The notes: a model not told the origin generated them from the letters alone. A stretch of 64,000 nt of DNA from an uncultured Acidimicrobiia bacterium (GCA_963786955.1 CAWBAT010000006.1:1024001-1088000), one strand, 5' to 3'; counted from the first letter of the stretch, positions 41,924-54,266 are shown. Translations and numbers: made by a program.

Positions 41924-43498
41924 AGGCTTTGGAGTTGAGGGAGTAGCAGGCACATTCAGTGCGGGCGGGTTGCCCATCCATTCCGCATCCTTGAGTTTCC
42001 ATCCTCCTCCTAGCGACTTGTAGAGTTGGACGATGACCACGCGACGATTGAGTTCAGTGATAGCCAGTGAGTTCTGAGCGGGGAAGAGCAGTTGTTGAGC
42101 GTCAAGTACTTCGAAGTAGCTGGCCTTGCCCGCATTGTAGCGCTGGAAGGCAACTTTGACCGATTCTTCATAGGCTTGCACTTCGCGGATCTGCTCGATG
42201 CGGATGGCGTCATATTTCTGGCGCGAGATCAGAGCGTTAGAAACATCTTGAAAAGCATTCAAGGCCGTCAGTTCATACTGTAGTTTAGCTTGTTCCCAAG
42301 CAGCAACGGCCTGCCGCTTTTGGGCCTTGAGGGCACCCCCCTGGTAAATGGGGCCGGCGAGATTTCCCGCAACGCTCCAGGCATTGCCGGCACCCGAGGA
42401 GAACTCAGACAGTGGACCACTCACGTGTCCTAAGAACGTCGTGAGACCAATCTGCGGGAAAAATGCCGCGGTCGCAACCCCAATCTGAGCGTTGGCAGAC
42501 CGCACTTGTTCTTCAACAGAAAGCACATCCGGCCTGCGCTCCAGCAAGGAGGAAGGCAAGCCGGCGGGAATTTCGGGTGGGATGATCTCTTCGAGCAATT
42601 TTGACTTCAACGCGATCGGGCCTGGGTTCTGCCCGAGAAGGACACTGATTTGGTTCTCTTTTAAAGCAATCTGCCGTTCAAACTCGGGAATCGTTGCAGC
42701 AGCCGAAGCCTGTGCAGCTGCGGCGCGAGAGGTCTGTAGTTTTGAGGCTACGCCTCCTTCAAGTCGTTGGGTGAAAAGTTTGAGGGTCTGATTGAACGAT
42801 TCCGTGTTCTCTTTGGCGATTTCGAGCTGCAGATTCAATCCGAGCAGTTCGAAGTAAGCTTGGGCTACATCACTGACGAGCGAAAGCATGACGGCACGCT
42901 TGGCATCCTCGGTCGAAAGATATTGTGCTTTAGCCGATTCGTTCAGTCGGCGAATTCGCCCCCATACGTCCGCCTCCCAGGCAGCACTGATCAGCCCCAC
43001 GAAGCCCCCCTGGGTCTCCCCCCCATTAGTAATGACATTCCCCCCCAGTTCGTTCCTGCCGCCGCTGACGGACGATGCGTAATTCACAAAAGGGAGAAAT
43101 TGCGAATGGGCCTGGGCAGCAAGCTGGCGAGATTGCTCAACGCGCGTCACTGCAATGCGCAGGTCGTAATTATTGGTGAGAGCGGTCTGGATGAGCCCTT
43201 TCAGCGTTTCATCCTTGAACACCTCCCACCAGGGTAAATCGGCAAAAGAAGCCTGTTGTGCTGCTCCTTCCTGGCCGCGAAAGTCGGTTGGAACATTGAC
43301 TACCGGTCGTTTGTAGTTGGGACCGACTGCGCAACCGGAAAGGAGGACGATCAGGGGGGAAATAGTAAGAAGAAGCAAGATGCAGGAAAGCCGGGGTGAG
43401 CCACCAGTTCGCCACAATCGCGCGCTGAAGAAACGAGCAGCCTGTAAGCCATGTATCCTAGCGCACCCAATGGTCCGGACTGTGTTTATTCTGGTCAT
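41921..43498 (-). CDS. RND efflux outer membrane factor (NodT family lipoprotein); true start probably downstream
   Basis: LLSGCAVGPNYKRP lipobox, WWEVFKD, PSSLLERRPD, LYKSLGGGW. Confidence 0.93.
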   Translation of the reverse strand: MTRINTVRTIGCARIHGLQAARFFSARLWRTGGSPRLSCILLLLTISPLIVLLSGCAVGPNYKRPVVNVPTDFRGQEGAAQQASFADLPWWEVFKDETLKGLIQTALTNNYDLRIAVTRVEQSRQLAAQAHSQFLPFVNYASSVSGGRNELGGNVITNGGETQGGFVGLISAAWEADVWGRIRRLNESAKAQYLSTEDAKRAVMLSLVSDVAQAYFELLGLNLQLEIAKENTESFNQTLKLFTQRLEGGVASKLQTSRAAAAQASAAATIPEFERQIALKENQISVLLGQNPGPIALKSKLLEEIIPPEIPAGLPSSLLERRPDVLSVEEQVRSANAQIGVATAAFFPQIGLTTFLGHVSGPLSEFSSGAGNAWSVAGNLAGPIYQGGALKAQKRQAVAAWEQAKLQYELTALNAFQDVSNALISRQKYDAIRIEQIREVQAYEESVKVAFQRYNAGKASYFEVLDAQQLLFPAQNSLAITELNRRVVIVQLYKSLGGGWKLKDAEWMGNPPALNVPATPSTPKP

Positions 43499-43536
43499 GG
43501 TGCAATTTGAGTTCCCTGTCTTTACCTTGTAAGAAT

Positions 43537-46500
43537 CTAATGACTGACTTCGGGACCCCCGGGAGTTAGACCCTCTGCGCCTGTACCTTCTGTGGATATT
43601 CCGCCCTCAGGCTTCGCGCCTTCGTGCTTTGCCCCGCCGAGTTTTTCAATGACGTAGAATAGAGCAGGGATGATGAAGATAGCGATGGCACTGGCGGCTG
43701 TCATACCGCCAATCACAGCACTGCCCATTACCTGACGGGAGATTGCCCCCGCCCCGGTAGCCCTCCAGAGCGGTACACAGCCCAAGATAAACGCGAACGA
43801 GGTCATCAGTATGGGACGGAGACGGAGTTTGGCCCCTTCCAATGCAGCATCCGCTAGTGGTCTACCCTTCTCGAATTCCGCTTTGGCAAACTCCACAATC
43901 AAGATGGCGTTTTTGGCGGCAAGTCCAATCAGCATGATGAGGCCGATTTGTGCATAGACGTTATTCTCGAAGGACAAACTTTCGAACCGGCGCCAATACA
44001 GCGTCCCCAACGCGCCAAAAACGGCAACGGGCGTGCTCAACAGCACGCTGAAGGGCAGCGTCCAGCTTTCGTACAACGCCGCCAGGATGAGAAAAACAAA
44101 CAAGACGGATAATCCGAAAATGACGGAAGGCGGCACGCCTTGTTGCGCCTTCTGTTCCTGATAGGACATGCCCATATAGTCGAAACCCATTTCTCGCGGC
44201 ATGGTCTGGGCAAATACTTCCTCAAGGACCTTCATGGCTTGAGCGGAACTATAGCCGGTGGCGGCGCTGCCATTGATCTGCGCGGCTTGATACATGTTGT
44301 AATGCATCGTGTACTCAGGACCTAGCCGCGGTTCTAGCGACACGACCGTAGAGAGCGGGACCATTTGACCGGAGGTGTTGCGCACATAAAAGCGGCCCAC
44401 ATTTTCGGCCTGCGTTCGGAAATCCCCTTCGGCCTGAACGTAAACCTGCCAGGTGCGTCCGAAACGGTTGAAGAAGTTAATAAATGCCCCGCCCATGAAG
44501 GCCTGCACCGTTTTGTAAACATCGCCGATGTCCAGGCCTTGTTTGAGCACTTTGTCACGATCCACGTTGACATAGAGCTGCGGGACAGCCGGCAAGGCCA
44601 CGGTGAAAACGCCGGAGAGCTCAGGTCGCTTGCGCAACTCAGCCAAGAACTTGGTCAGGTTTTGGGCGAGGAATTGAACACCCTGTCCGGACCGGTCCTC
44701 AAGGACGAAAGTAAAGCCTCCCGAGGTCCCCACACCGGGGATCGCGGGTGGCGGAAAGGCGACCGCATTGCCGCCTGCAATTTGCTTCAGCCCAGTGCTC
44801 ATGTGGGCTTTGATGGCTGAATACTGCTCTTCGGGGGCCTTGCGTTCGCTCCACTCCTTCAGGGTAACCCAGAAAAAGGAACTGTACGTATTCTGCACAC
44901 TGCTCAGCATGTTGTAACCGATCACGCTCGTCACGTGGGCGACACCGGGGGTGTTCCTGAGTGACTTCTTCGACTTGGCTCGCCAAGGCATCGGTGCGCT
45001 GCAAGTGAAGAGGCATCTGGAAGTTGCAAGGCAACGTAGACGTAGCCCTGGTCTTCATCGGGCAGGAAGCTAGTGGGCAGCTTCATACCAAACCAGCCAG
45101 CCAGAGCGGTGAAGCCGAGCAGCAAAATGATCATGATGCCCATTTTGTGAATCAGCGCGCCGCACCAACTCACATAGCCGTCTGTCGCCTTACCAAAGAC
45201 GCGGTTAAACCAGCGGAAGAAAGCTCCTAGCGGGCCGCGGGACTCCTTTTTGGGACGAAGCAGCAAGGCGCCAAGTGCTGGGCTGAGAGTGAGTGCATTG
45301 AAGGCCGAAATGACGACGGACACTGCAATGGTTACCGCGAACTGTTGATAGAGGCGCCCTGTGATGCCCGGGAATAAACGCGGTAGGAATGAATACTGCA
45401 GACAAGGACGATGGCGATGCCCACCACTGGCGCGGAGACCTCCTCCATGGCTTTAAAGGCCGCATCTTTCGGTGAAAGTCCGTGCTCGATGTGGTGTTCT
45501 ATCGCCTCGACCACCACAATAGCATCATCGACGACTAGCCCAATGGCCAACACCAGGCCAAACAGCGAAAGTGTGTTGATCGAGAACCCAAGGAGCGGAA
45601 AAATCATGAATGTGCCGACCAGCGACACAGGCACAGCTAACAGCGGGATCAAGGTTGCTCGCCAGCCTTGCAGGAAGATAAAGACGACGAGGATCACGAG
45701 GACCAAGCGCTTCAATAGCGTATGCTCAATTTCAACAATGCCCTCTGTGACCGGGAGGGTCGTGTCCAGAGCAATGGCGTACTCAAGGCCCGGCGGGAAG
45801 CGTTCTTTCAACTTCTCCATCAATTTCTTAGCCCCATCGGCCGCCGCGACGGCGTTGGATCCGGGAAGTTGGTAAATCGCTACGATCGCCGCTGGCTTGC
45901 TGTCCAGGCGGCCACGCAGGTTATACACTTGGGAACCGAGATTGACCCGAGCCACATCCTTGAGCCGCACCAGCGAACCATCGGGATTGGCGCGGACGAC
46001 GATGGCGCCAAACTGCTCTTCTGTAGAAAGGCGGCCCTGGGCAATGACAGCGTAAGTGTACTGCTGCCCGTCTGGCACCGGTTCACCACCGATAGTTCCC
46101 GCTGGATTCACGGTGTTCTGCATTTTAACGGCGTTGATGATCTCAGGCACAGTAATCTGCAGCTTGGCTAGCTGGTCCGGATCGACCCAAAAACGCATCG
46201 CGTATTGGCCGGCGCCGAAAACCGATACGCTCGCAATCCCATAGGAGCGGGTAAAGTTATCGACGAGATTGATGTAAGCATAATTGGCCAGGAATTGGGC
46301 GTCGTACCGACCATCTGGAGCATAGAGGTCGAACAACATCAGAGGGGCAGCTGTGGACTTCTGGACAACGACGCCTTGGGCATTCACTTCAGGCGGAAGT
46401 TGCGAGGCTGCCTGTGACTGGCGCATCTGGGCAAGAATCAGGTCGGTGTTGGGGTCGGTCTTCACATCGAAATCCACCGTCAAGTTCCCCAAGCCGCTGT

Positions 46501-46750
46501 TCTGATTGAGGGAATACATGTAGTTCATGTTGTCCACGCCGCTCATCTTCTGTTCAATCGGCGTGGCCACAGACTGGTCCACCGTTAGGGCATCGGCACC
46601 AGGGTAGGTGGCATTGATCTGGATCTGAGGGTCAGCGATGTTGGGGAATTGGGCAGTGGGTAAGCTGACGATTGCAAGGCCGCCAACGATGACCATGACG
46701 ATGGAAATCACCATGGCAACGATGGGGCGGTTGATGAAGAATTTAGACAT
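43537..46750 (-). CDS. RND efflux permease, HAE1 family (frameshifted)
   Basis: [55 protein letters not shown] over 3 or more frames. Confidence 0.92.
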
Positions 46751-46837
46751 AATCGGTATTAATACAGTCCTACACTAGAATTCCGATTCTCGATTACTAA
46801 TTGACAGCTAGTGAAACGCATTAAATATTGTGGCAGT

Positions 46838-46900
46838 TTCCCCTCACCCCCAGCCCCTCTCCCGCAAGGGGAGAGGGGTGCCGAAGGTGAGGTGAGGGGC
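46838..46900. repeat. REP-like hairpin
   Basis: cccctcacccccagcccctctcccgcaaggggagagggg...ggtgagggg. Confidence 0.55.
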
Positions 46901-47052
46901 TAAGTATAAAACAAAGCGACCTTTGAAGTTGTCACTATAAGTAGACATCGATAATACATTCTTGCACTAGATTGGCGATTGCCGATTTTCGATTGAGGAT
47001 TAGGCGCTAATTTTCAATCGGCATTCGACACTCGGCAATCGAAAATATGTAT

Positions 47053-48381
47053 TTACTGGTTCTTCCCTGCCGGGTTCTCCTGGAAAGGCTTCGGATTCAC
47101 CTGCACACCTTCTCTCACCTTTTGCATCCCTTCAGCAACGATACGCTCGCCTGGCTTAAGGCCTTCCTCGATGACCCACAATGTTCCATATCGCGAGCCT
47201 ACTTTGACAGGCCGGAGGCTGACTTTGTTGTCATTGCCCAAGACGGCCACCAGGTAACGGCCTTGTAATTCACTGACCGCTCTTTGGGGTATTAGCAACG
47301 CCCCCTTCTGAATCCTTGCAATGGTACTGATCTTGCCAAAACCACCTGGACGAAGAACATTATTAGGATTAGGGAATACCGTTTGAAACAGGATGGCGCC
47401 CGTCCTCAAGTCAACTTCGCGGTTGACGGCAAAAAAGTGGCCTGTTTGTGGGAACACAGAACCGTTGGCAAGCTGCAATTGAAACTCCAGTTTGCGTAAG
47501 GCTTCATCTTGACTGGTGTGGGCAATTTCTTGGGCGTATTTGAAAGCGTTGAGGTATTCCTGCTCACTAGCCATGAAGTTCACCTTGATGGGATCCACCG
47601 TGGAAACCGTCGTTAGGGCGCCACTTTGCGGGCCGACGAGGTCACCCACCTGGGCTGTCGAGATCGCGGCCACACCATCGACCGGCGAGAGAATAGAGGT
47701 GAAGCCGAGATTCAACTGAGCGGTATCGACCGCGGCGTTCGCTGCCATAATGTTGGCTTTGGCGGCTTCGATGGCTGCCTTGTCCGCCTCAACCTGCGCT
47801 TTGGCAGCGAGGTCGGCTTGGATGGCATCATCCAATTCTTGCTGGCTAATCGCGCTCTCCTTGGCCAACGGTGTATAGCGGGCGACATCTAATTCAGTCT
47901 TGCCTAGTCTTGCCAGTCCGACTTGGAGATTGCCATTAGCTTGATCCAGATTTCCCTTGGCCTGATTGACATTTGCCTTAGCTTGATCGAGGGCGGCCTG
48001 AAACGGTCTGGGATCGATCTGAAAAAGCGGGGCGCCTTTCCGGACAAAAGCACCATTGGTATAAATCTGTTTGAGTAGATAGCCGGAGACTTGGGCCCGA
48101 ATCTGAGCGTTGACGAAACCATCCAGGGTTGCCACCCACTCTTTCGTGATCGGCACATCCTTCTGCACGACCTCGATGACTTCGACATCCGGAGGAGGAG
48201 GGGCTACGACCTCTTTCTTCTCGCACCCTGTCGAAAGCAAGACCGTGAATGCCACGACGCCACATACAAAAAACTGCCGCTTCTCCCCACGGAGCGGGAC
48301 TGGAGCAGAGGACGAGTTCGTTTTTGATCCAAAAAGCTGCTGTGCTCGAAACATAGGCGACTCAACCTCTCTTTCGTTCAA
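47053..48381 (-). CDS. RND efflux periplasmic adaptor (MFP)
   Basis: STGC lipobox, IRAQVSGYL, LFQIDPRPFQA, LRPGGF, GLKPGERIV. Confidence 0.93.
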   Translation of the reverse strand: MNEREVESPMFRAQQLFGSKTNSSSAPVPLRGEKRQFFVCGVVAFTVLLSTGCEKKEVVAPPPPDVEVIEVVQKDVPITKEWVATLDGFVNAQIRAQVSGYLLKQIYTNGAFVRKGAPLFQIDPRPFQAALDQAKANVNQAKGNLDQANGNLQVGLARLGKTELDVARYTPLAKESAISQQELDDAIQADLAAKAQVEADKAAIEAAKANIMAANAAVDTAQLNLGFTSILSPVDGVAAISTAQVGDLVGPQSGALTTVSTVDPIKVNFMASEQEYLNAFKYAQEIAHTSQDEALRKLEFQLQLANGSVFPQTGHFFAVNREVDLRTGAILFQTVFPNPNNVLRPGGFGKISTIARIQKGALLIPQRAVSELQGRYLVAVLGNDNKVSLRPVKVGSRYGTLWVIEEGLKPGERIVAEGMQKVREGVQVNPKPFQENPAGKNQ

Positions 48382-48730
48382 GTCGATAGAACTGCGGCCC
48401 GACGCCTCAATCTAGTTGTTTGGGAAATCCCTATTCAGTTTCCCCAACGGGAGAAAATGTTTCCACGGGGAGAAACGTATGCTTCCACTGATAGTGATTT
48501 ACGGGCCTGAGGGCTCTTTTCGGCATGCTCACCCGCGCATTTCGGTGACAGTGCCTAAGCGAGACAGCCCATCACCACCAAGAGGATAATTATTTATCCT
48601 GGGGCTGGCAAGGTAAAGTTTCCTCATTTTCTGACTTGCATCTCGTAAAGCCCCTGGGTGGCGATTCGGGCGAAGCAGACCGCTAGTTGCGAGCAGCGAG
48701 CGAAATCTGCGAGGAGGATCAGTCGGTGAA

Positions 48731-49138
48731 TTATTCTTGAAGCAATGTCTCGCGAACTGCCTTGAGTTCCTTCAACTTCTCTTTGCTAACCTCGGGGTAT
48801 TTCAGTTCCAGTGAAGCCAGCGTGTCAATGATTGCCCCGGCCACCACCACGCGCGTGAACCACACATCACGTGTCGGACGGCGCCGTCCTTGCCGGCTGC
48901 ATCCATGGCTTGAAAGATGAGCAACGGCCCAGCTGTCTTGCGCATAGAGTCGTCCTTGCAGTTCTGAGAGCGCTTCCACGCCCATCGCCAGGGCTTCTTT
49001 GGCGCGAGGTTTATCCTCGGCTGTGAAATCACTGGTGTCAGCAGGATCGACATCTTTAAGACGAAACCCTTTGCCTTCATTTACCCGGTAGGGTCGTGAG
49101 AATTTACGGGCCTTTTCGAACTGTTCTTCCATTTTCAT
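48731..49138 (-). pseudogene. ppk2: PPK2 (class III-like) pseudogene with large internal deletion
   Basis: N-terminus ([30 protein letters not shown]) joined directly to C-terminus ([18 protein letters not shown]); ~408 bp versus ~908 bp for the paralog at 7780. Confidence 0.88.
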
Positions 49139-49200
49139 AAGTATTTCTACCTCTTTTTATTTTCCGATCGCTTCCTAGTTCGAAGGCGGTGCTTAAGGAT

Positions 49201-49258
49201 ACCCCGGAGGGGTAATGGAGGATAGCCTGGGGCAAAGTGTAGTGAAGCGACGCCCCAG
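49201..49258 (-). repeat. Inverted, diverged copy of the tandem-array unit downstream of tnpA
   Basis: Reverse complement reads ggggcgtcgcttcactacactttgccccaggctatcctccattacccctccggggt. Confidence 0.8.
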
Positions 49259-49310
49259 GCCTGCTTTCCTATCCCAAAATTCTCAATCGCCCCGGCAGGG
49301 GCGGAGGGCA

Positions 49311-49757
49311 TTACCATAAATAACGCGCATCATACTCAATCCCGCTTCTGTTCAAAAACTCCACGTATTCCTCCTGAAAGGTTTTCTTACGGTGATGCGC
49401 TTTCTGTTCTCGAATATATTTCCGAACTGCCTCGATCAGGGACGGACTAACGGTAAACCCACCGTACCCAGTCTGCCATGCAAACTTGCTGGAGCCGATC
49501 TCGTCATGAACCCATTTAGACGATGCGCCTTTAATATCCTCTAACACATTGGCCAAGCAATGCGTGGGCCGAAGACCGATTAGAAGGTGCACATGGTCAG
49601 CCGTGCCATTGATCTCAACTGGCACCCCTCCAGCACGACGGACCAATCCGCCCAGGTATGCGTGCAAGCGGTGTTGCCACTCTTTGGCGATCAATGGATA
49701 ACGATTCTTGGTGCTAAAAATCAAATGGAAATGCAAACTGGAATGTGTCGAGGGCAT
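49311..49757 (-). mobile_element. tnpA: IS200/IS605-family (Y1, HUH) transposase TnpA, possibly REP-associated
   Basis: HLIFSTKNR, DHVHLL (HUH), FAWQTGYGGF, YIREQ catalytic Tyr, HHRKKTFQEE; no tnpB. Confidence 0.9.
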
Positions 49758-49817
49758 GGATCGCTCCTTCACCCCTGCCGGGGCGGCACGTAAAAATACG
49801 CAACGAATAACCAACCT

Positions 49818-50323
49818 GGGGCGTCACTTCGCTTTGCCCCAGGCTACCATCCAATGCCCCCTCCGGGGTAATTCACAAAAATAACGAACAAAAGGGGCGC
49901 CGCTTCGCTTTGCCCAGGCTACCATCCAATGCCCCCTCCGGGGTAATTCACAAAAATAACGAACAAAAGGGGCGCCGCTTCGCTTTGCCCCAGGCTACCA
50001 TCCAATGCCCCCTCCGGGGTAATTCACAAAAATAACGAACAAAAGGGGCGCCGCTTCGCTTTGCCCCAGGCTACCATCCAATGCCCCCTCCGGGGTAATT
50101 CACAAAAATAACGAACAAAAGGGGCGCCGCTTCGCTTTGCCCCAGGCTACCATCCAATGCCCCCTCCGGGGTAATTCACAAAAATAACGAACAAAAGGGG
50201 CGCCGCTTCGCTTTGCCCCAGGCTACCATCCAATGCCCCCTCCGGGGTAATTCACAAAAATAACGAACAAAAGGGGCGTCGCTTCGCTTTGCCCCAGGCT
50301 AATCTCCGACGCCCCTTCAGGGC
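49818..50323 (+). repeat. Tandem array of a 76-bp unit: 6 full copies + 1 partial
   Basis: Unit ggggcgccgcttcgctttgccccaggctaccatccaatgccccctccggggtaattcacaaaaataacgaacaaaa starting at 49818, 49894, 49969, 50045, 50121, 50197, 50273. Confidence 0.95.
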
Positions 50324-50583
50324 AGATAGTGGCCACAAAACTACAGCCCATTAATTGCCAACAGACTCGGATGTTTCCCAATTGACGGAAGATCACGGTG
50401 CATAGAACAGTGCAGAGTGTAGGAATAACGAGGAGAGCCAATATTAGAAAGAAACTGACCACAGATAGTCGGGAGCCGAGGCCGATCCTGAGCTGCAATG
50501 CTTGCTCCCACGATGCCACCGGGCTGATCATGTCGGCCGCATTCGCGCCCCCCCACCTAAAATCAGAATGCGCTTCTTTGCGG

Positions 50584-51255
50584 CTAAGGCCCAGCCTTTC
50601 CAGAAACCTCTTTCTCCCAGAGGAGAATCCCTCCCAATAACGCATTGGCGTTTTCGCCTGCCCGGCAGCCAGGGGGCAGCTTTTTCAGTTTTTTAACGTT
50701 CCCCCCTCCCAGCACAACCTCATCAGGTTCAAGTGCAGCCGTCAATCGGGCCACTACATCTTCCACGTCTTTCCGCCATTTTTTCTTTCCCCTTTTCTCT
50801 AATCCGCGCAGCCCCACATAGTCCTCATAAGTCCCCTTCTTGTAAGGAAAATGTCCTAATTCCATGGGCTCCAGAATGCCATCGACAATCAGAGCGGATC
50901 CGAGGCCGGTTCCCAGCCCCAGGAAACGCATTACTCCGCTCTTATAACTCCCCAGTGCTTGCATGGAGGCATCATTGACAAGCTTGACTGGACAACCAAA
51001 TGCCTTTCCAAAATCAAAACCGACCCACCCATTTCCAAGATTGTAGGGGTCCAAAAATGGCCGCCCCCGCAGAACCGGCCCCGGGTAGCCAATCGACACG
51101 ACGTCATATTTCCACTCCTTGGCAAGCTCTTTGACTCCGGAGACCATTCCTTCGGCCGTCATCTCTGGCCCGGAGGGAAACTTTCGAATTTCGGTTTGGC
51201 CCGTGGCAAGAATCTTGACGTTGGTCCCACCCACATCTACAACCAGAATCTTCAT
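50584..51255 (-). CDS. ROK family sugar kinase, polyphosphate glucokinase-like
   Basis: VDVGGTNVK, SIGYPGPV, VNDASMQA, GLGTGLGSA, ELGH, LGGGN. Confidence 0.85.
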   Translation of the reverse strand: MKILVVDVGGTNVKILATGQTEIRKFPSGPEMTAEGMVSGVKELAKEWKYDVVSIGYPGPVLRGRPFLDPYNLGNGWVGFDFGKAFGCPVKLVNDASMQALGSYKSGVMRFLGLGTGLGSALIVDGILEPMELGHFPYKKGTYEDYVGLRGLEKRGKKKWRKDVEDVVARLTAALEPDEVVLGGGNVKKLKKLPPGCRAGENANALLGGILLWEKEVSGKAGP

Positions 51256-51307
51256 GATAAACCCCTATTGTAAGGATTGTGGTTTGCCAATTGCTATGTC
51301 TTAAGGT

Positions 51308-53986
51308 CTATTCGCCTCTTGAGGCGTTTTCGCCTGTGTTGATCAAGATCTCGGCGATCAGACCCGTCCAGCCGGTTTGATGGCTGGCGCCGCAACCACG
51401 GCCGGTATCGCCGTGAAAATACTCGTGGAAGGGGATTAAATCGCGCCAATGCGGATCCTTATTAAAAAGCTGGCAAGAACCAAAGACTGGACGATTGCCT
51501 TCCTTGTCACGCAGAAAAATGCTTGCCAGCCGCTGTGCCAGTTCGTTGGCTACCCCGTCCAGAGTTTTCATCTTACCCGAACCCGTCGGGCATTCGACCT
51601 GGAACTGTTCGCCATAATAGAGATAATCTTGTCGTAATGAGGAAAGGATAAGGTAATTGACCGGGATCCAGATTGGCCCGCGCCAATTGGAATTTCCGCC
51701 GAAGAGACTGTTCGTCGATTCACCCGGCTCATAGTCCAGTCGATACTCTTGGCCTCCCAAGTTGAAGACCAACGGATGATCCTGGTGATAACGAGAGACG
51801 GATCGGATACCATAGGGAGATAAGAACTCATTCTCATCCAGCATATATCCCAACATACGCCGCAACTGAACCGGTCGCACAAGGCCCAACAACAAGTTGT
51901 TGTTGGGCCCGGGAACAACCATCGGCCCGACGCTCTCAACCAGATCCGGACGATGTTGGATGAACCACTGCCGACGGCGCTGGAAATCGGGGTAATGATC
52001 AAAAGTATCCGCAGGCACGGTTGATGCCCCGAAGATGGGAACAAAGCCCACCATGGTGCGAGCCCGGACGGGGAATCGCTCATTTCCCTCCGAAAAAACA
52101 AAGTCGTAAAAGAAGCCGTCTTCTTCGTCCCAGAGGGACTTCCGCGAATCGTGCTGGCTGTTAACAGCGTTGGAAATGTAGATGTAATGCTCCCAGAATT
52201 TGCTGGCAAGATCCTCGTAAGCAGGATTCTGCCGGGCTAGGAGTAAGGCCGTCGACAACATGCTCTTGGCGAAGGCCGCCATCCAGCTTGTCCCATCGGC
52301 CTGCCCCAGCAAATAACCGGGCGGGAGTTTATCGCGATCGAAGGCGCCGATGTTGTCCATCCCCAGGAAGCCTCCCTGGAAGATGTTCTTTCCGAGAGGG
52401 TCTTTGCGGTTGACCCACCAGGTGAAGTTCAGGAGCATCTTCTGAAACACTCGCTCGACAAAAGCATGATCGGCCACGCCAGTCCGCAGGCGCTCCGTTT
52501 CAAACACAGACATTGCCGCCAATGAAAGAATGGGTGGATTGACCGCATTGAAGTCCCACTCGTAAGCTGGAATCTGCCCGTTGGGATGCATCGTCCATTC
52601 GCGGAGCATTAAGATGATCTGTTCTTTGGCAAATTGCGGATCGACATGCGCCAGGGCAATACAATGGAAGCCCAGGTCCCAAGACGCGAACCACGGAAAT
52701 TCCCATTTGTCCGGCATCGAGATCACATCGCGAGTAAAGAGGTGTGTCCAATCGTGATTGCGCCCTTCCCAGCGTTGGGGAGGAGGGATGGGTTCAGAAG
52801 GGTCACCCTCCAACCAGTCGGTCACGACATAGTGGTAATATTGTTTAGACCATAACAGCCCGGCGAAGGCTTGGCGCGCCACCAGTTTGGCATCCGCCGA
52901 AAGGCGTTCCGGTAATACAACATTATAGAATTCGTCTGCCTCCTCGAGGCGCACCTGCAAAATCGCGTCGAAATCGGCAAAGGGGGTCTCGCGTGGAGGC
53001 CGATCCATCAAGGAAAACAGTCGTAAGTCGTAAGTGACCGTTTCTCCGGCATTGACGGTGCGGAAGTAATGTGCGGCAGCTTTTGTGCCAATGGCAGACG
53101 GGTTGACCACATCGCGCCTTCTCTTGACAATATAGTCATGAAACGCGTCTTTGACATAGGGCGTTGGCGGGGGGACTCGATACAAACGCTCTGTATTGGT
53201 CTCGTTCTCGGTGAATAGCAATTCATCGGCGCCGTCACAATACAGAACATATTCGCCCAACCGCCAATGCTTGGCTATCAGGGCGTTTGGCCTTTTGCGT
53301 CCGATTGCCAGCGCGGTAATCGAGGGACGGCGGGGATCACGACCCCAGCTCCAAGTATTGCGAAACCAAAGGGTCGGCAGCAGATGAATCGGCGCTGCCT
53401 TCGGCCCGCGATTGATGATATGAACGCGAATCAATAGGTCTTCAGGCTCAGCCTTGGCGTATTCCACCACGACATCGAAGTAGCGACTCTGCTCGAAAAC
53501 TCCCGTGTCGACCAGCTCGTACTCCATTTGAGACTTGTTGCGGAGCTGGTTCTCTTCGAGCAGTTGAGCGTAAGGAAACTCGGCCTGAGGATATTTGTAG
53601 AGATACTCCATGTAAGAGTGCGTTGGCGTGTTATCGAGGTAAAAGTAGTACTCCTTGACGTCCTCACCGTGGTTGCCTTCATTACCCGTCAAACCAAACA
53701 ATCGCTCTTTAAGAATCGGATCGCTTCCATTCCAGAGGGCCAAAGCGAAACAAAGATACTGGTGCCGGTCACAGATGCCGCCGAGACCATCCTCATTCCA
53801 ACGATAAGCTCGCGAGCGGGCATGATCATGCGGGAGATAATTCCAGGCATCCCCGTCGGCACTGTAATCCTCGCGCACCGTACCCCACGCGCGCTCCGAA
53901 AGAAATGGCCCCCACCGATTCCAGTGACCTTTCTGCTGCCGGTTCAGCAGCAGACGAATCCCTTCACGTGTATCGTAGATGTTCAT
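51308..53986 (-). CDS. GH63 / MGH1-like glucosidase
   Basis: [60 protein letters not shown]. Confidence 0.9.
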   Translation of the reverse strand: MNIYDTREGIRLLLNRQQKGHWNRWGPFLSERAWGTVREDYSADGDAWNYLPHDHARSRAYRWNEDGLGGICDRHQYLCFALALWNGSDPILKERLFGLTGNEGNHGEDVKEYYFYLDNTPTHSYMEYLYKYPQAEFPYAQLLEENQLRNKSQMEYELVDTGVFEQSRYFDVVVEYAKAEPEDLLIRVHIINRGPKAAPIHLLPTLWFRNTWSWGRDPRRPSITALAIGRKRPNALIAKHWRLGEYVLYCDGADELLFTENETNTERLYRVPPPTPYVKDAFHDYIVKRRRDVVNPSAIGTKAAAHYFRTVNAGETVTYDLRLFSLMDRPPRETPFADFDAILQVRLEEADEFYNVVLPERLSADAKLVARQAFAGLLWSKQYYHYVVTDWLEGDPSEPIPPPQRWEGRNHDWTHLFTRDVISMPDKWEFPWFASWDLGFHCIALAHVDPQFAKEQIILMLREWTMHPNGQIPAYEWDFNAVNPPILSLAAMSVFETERLRTGVADHAFVERVFQKMLLNFTWWVNRKDPLGKNIFQGGFLGMDNIGAFDRDKLPPGYLLGQADGTSWMAAFAKSMLSTALLLARQNPAYEDLASKFWEHYIYISNAVNSQHDSRKSLWDEEDGFFYDFVFSEGNERFPVRARTMVGFVPIFGASTVPADTFDHYPDFQRRRQWFIQHRPDLVESVGPMVVPGPNNNLLLGLVRPVQLRRMLGYMLDENEFLSPYGIRSVSRYHQDHPLVFNLGGQEYRLDYEPGESTNSLFGGNSNWRGPIWIPVNYLILSSLRQDYLYYGEQFQVECPTGSGKMKTLDGVANELAQRLASIFLRDKEGNRPVFGSCQLFNKDPHWRDLIPFHEYFHGDTGRGCGASHQTGWTGLIAEILINTGENASRGE

Positions 53987-54266
53987 TTACAGGTATCGAA
54001 TGCAAACGCGAAAAATAATGTGACAAATCCCGAACGGCCCCCCCAAAAAATTGAGAGCTCCGTAGGGATCGGACGCTGTTCCGTTCCTTGTAGAGCGGCA
54101 AACCAATTGAATTTCGCACTCCTTGGCAACGGGGAACGCTACGGCGAGCGTTCCCTACAAACAGATCGACGATTCTTTCACGCCTTCCCTTGTGAAGGGG
54201 GGACCTCAGGGGGAGAAGAATTACCGGCCTACAACATATATTTAATGCGTCTACACTTAATAAATT

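Noticed and set aside
46970-47045. GATT/AATC heptamer-like inverted repeats
   Set aside because: Short degenerate intergenic repeat of a common type, with no further structure
49818-50323. CRISPR array
   Set aside because: Units are identical over their whole length with no variable spacers, and there are no cas genes; it is a tandem repeat
50223-50645. 140-aa - strand ORF
   Set aside because: Overlaps the ROK gene end and the repeat array; no recognisable domain
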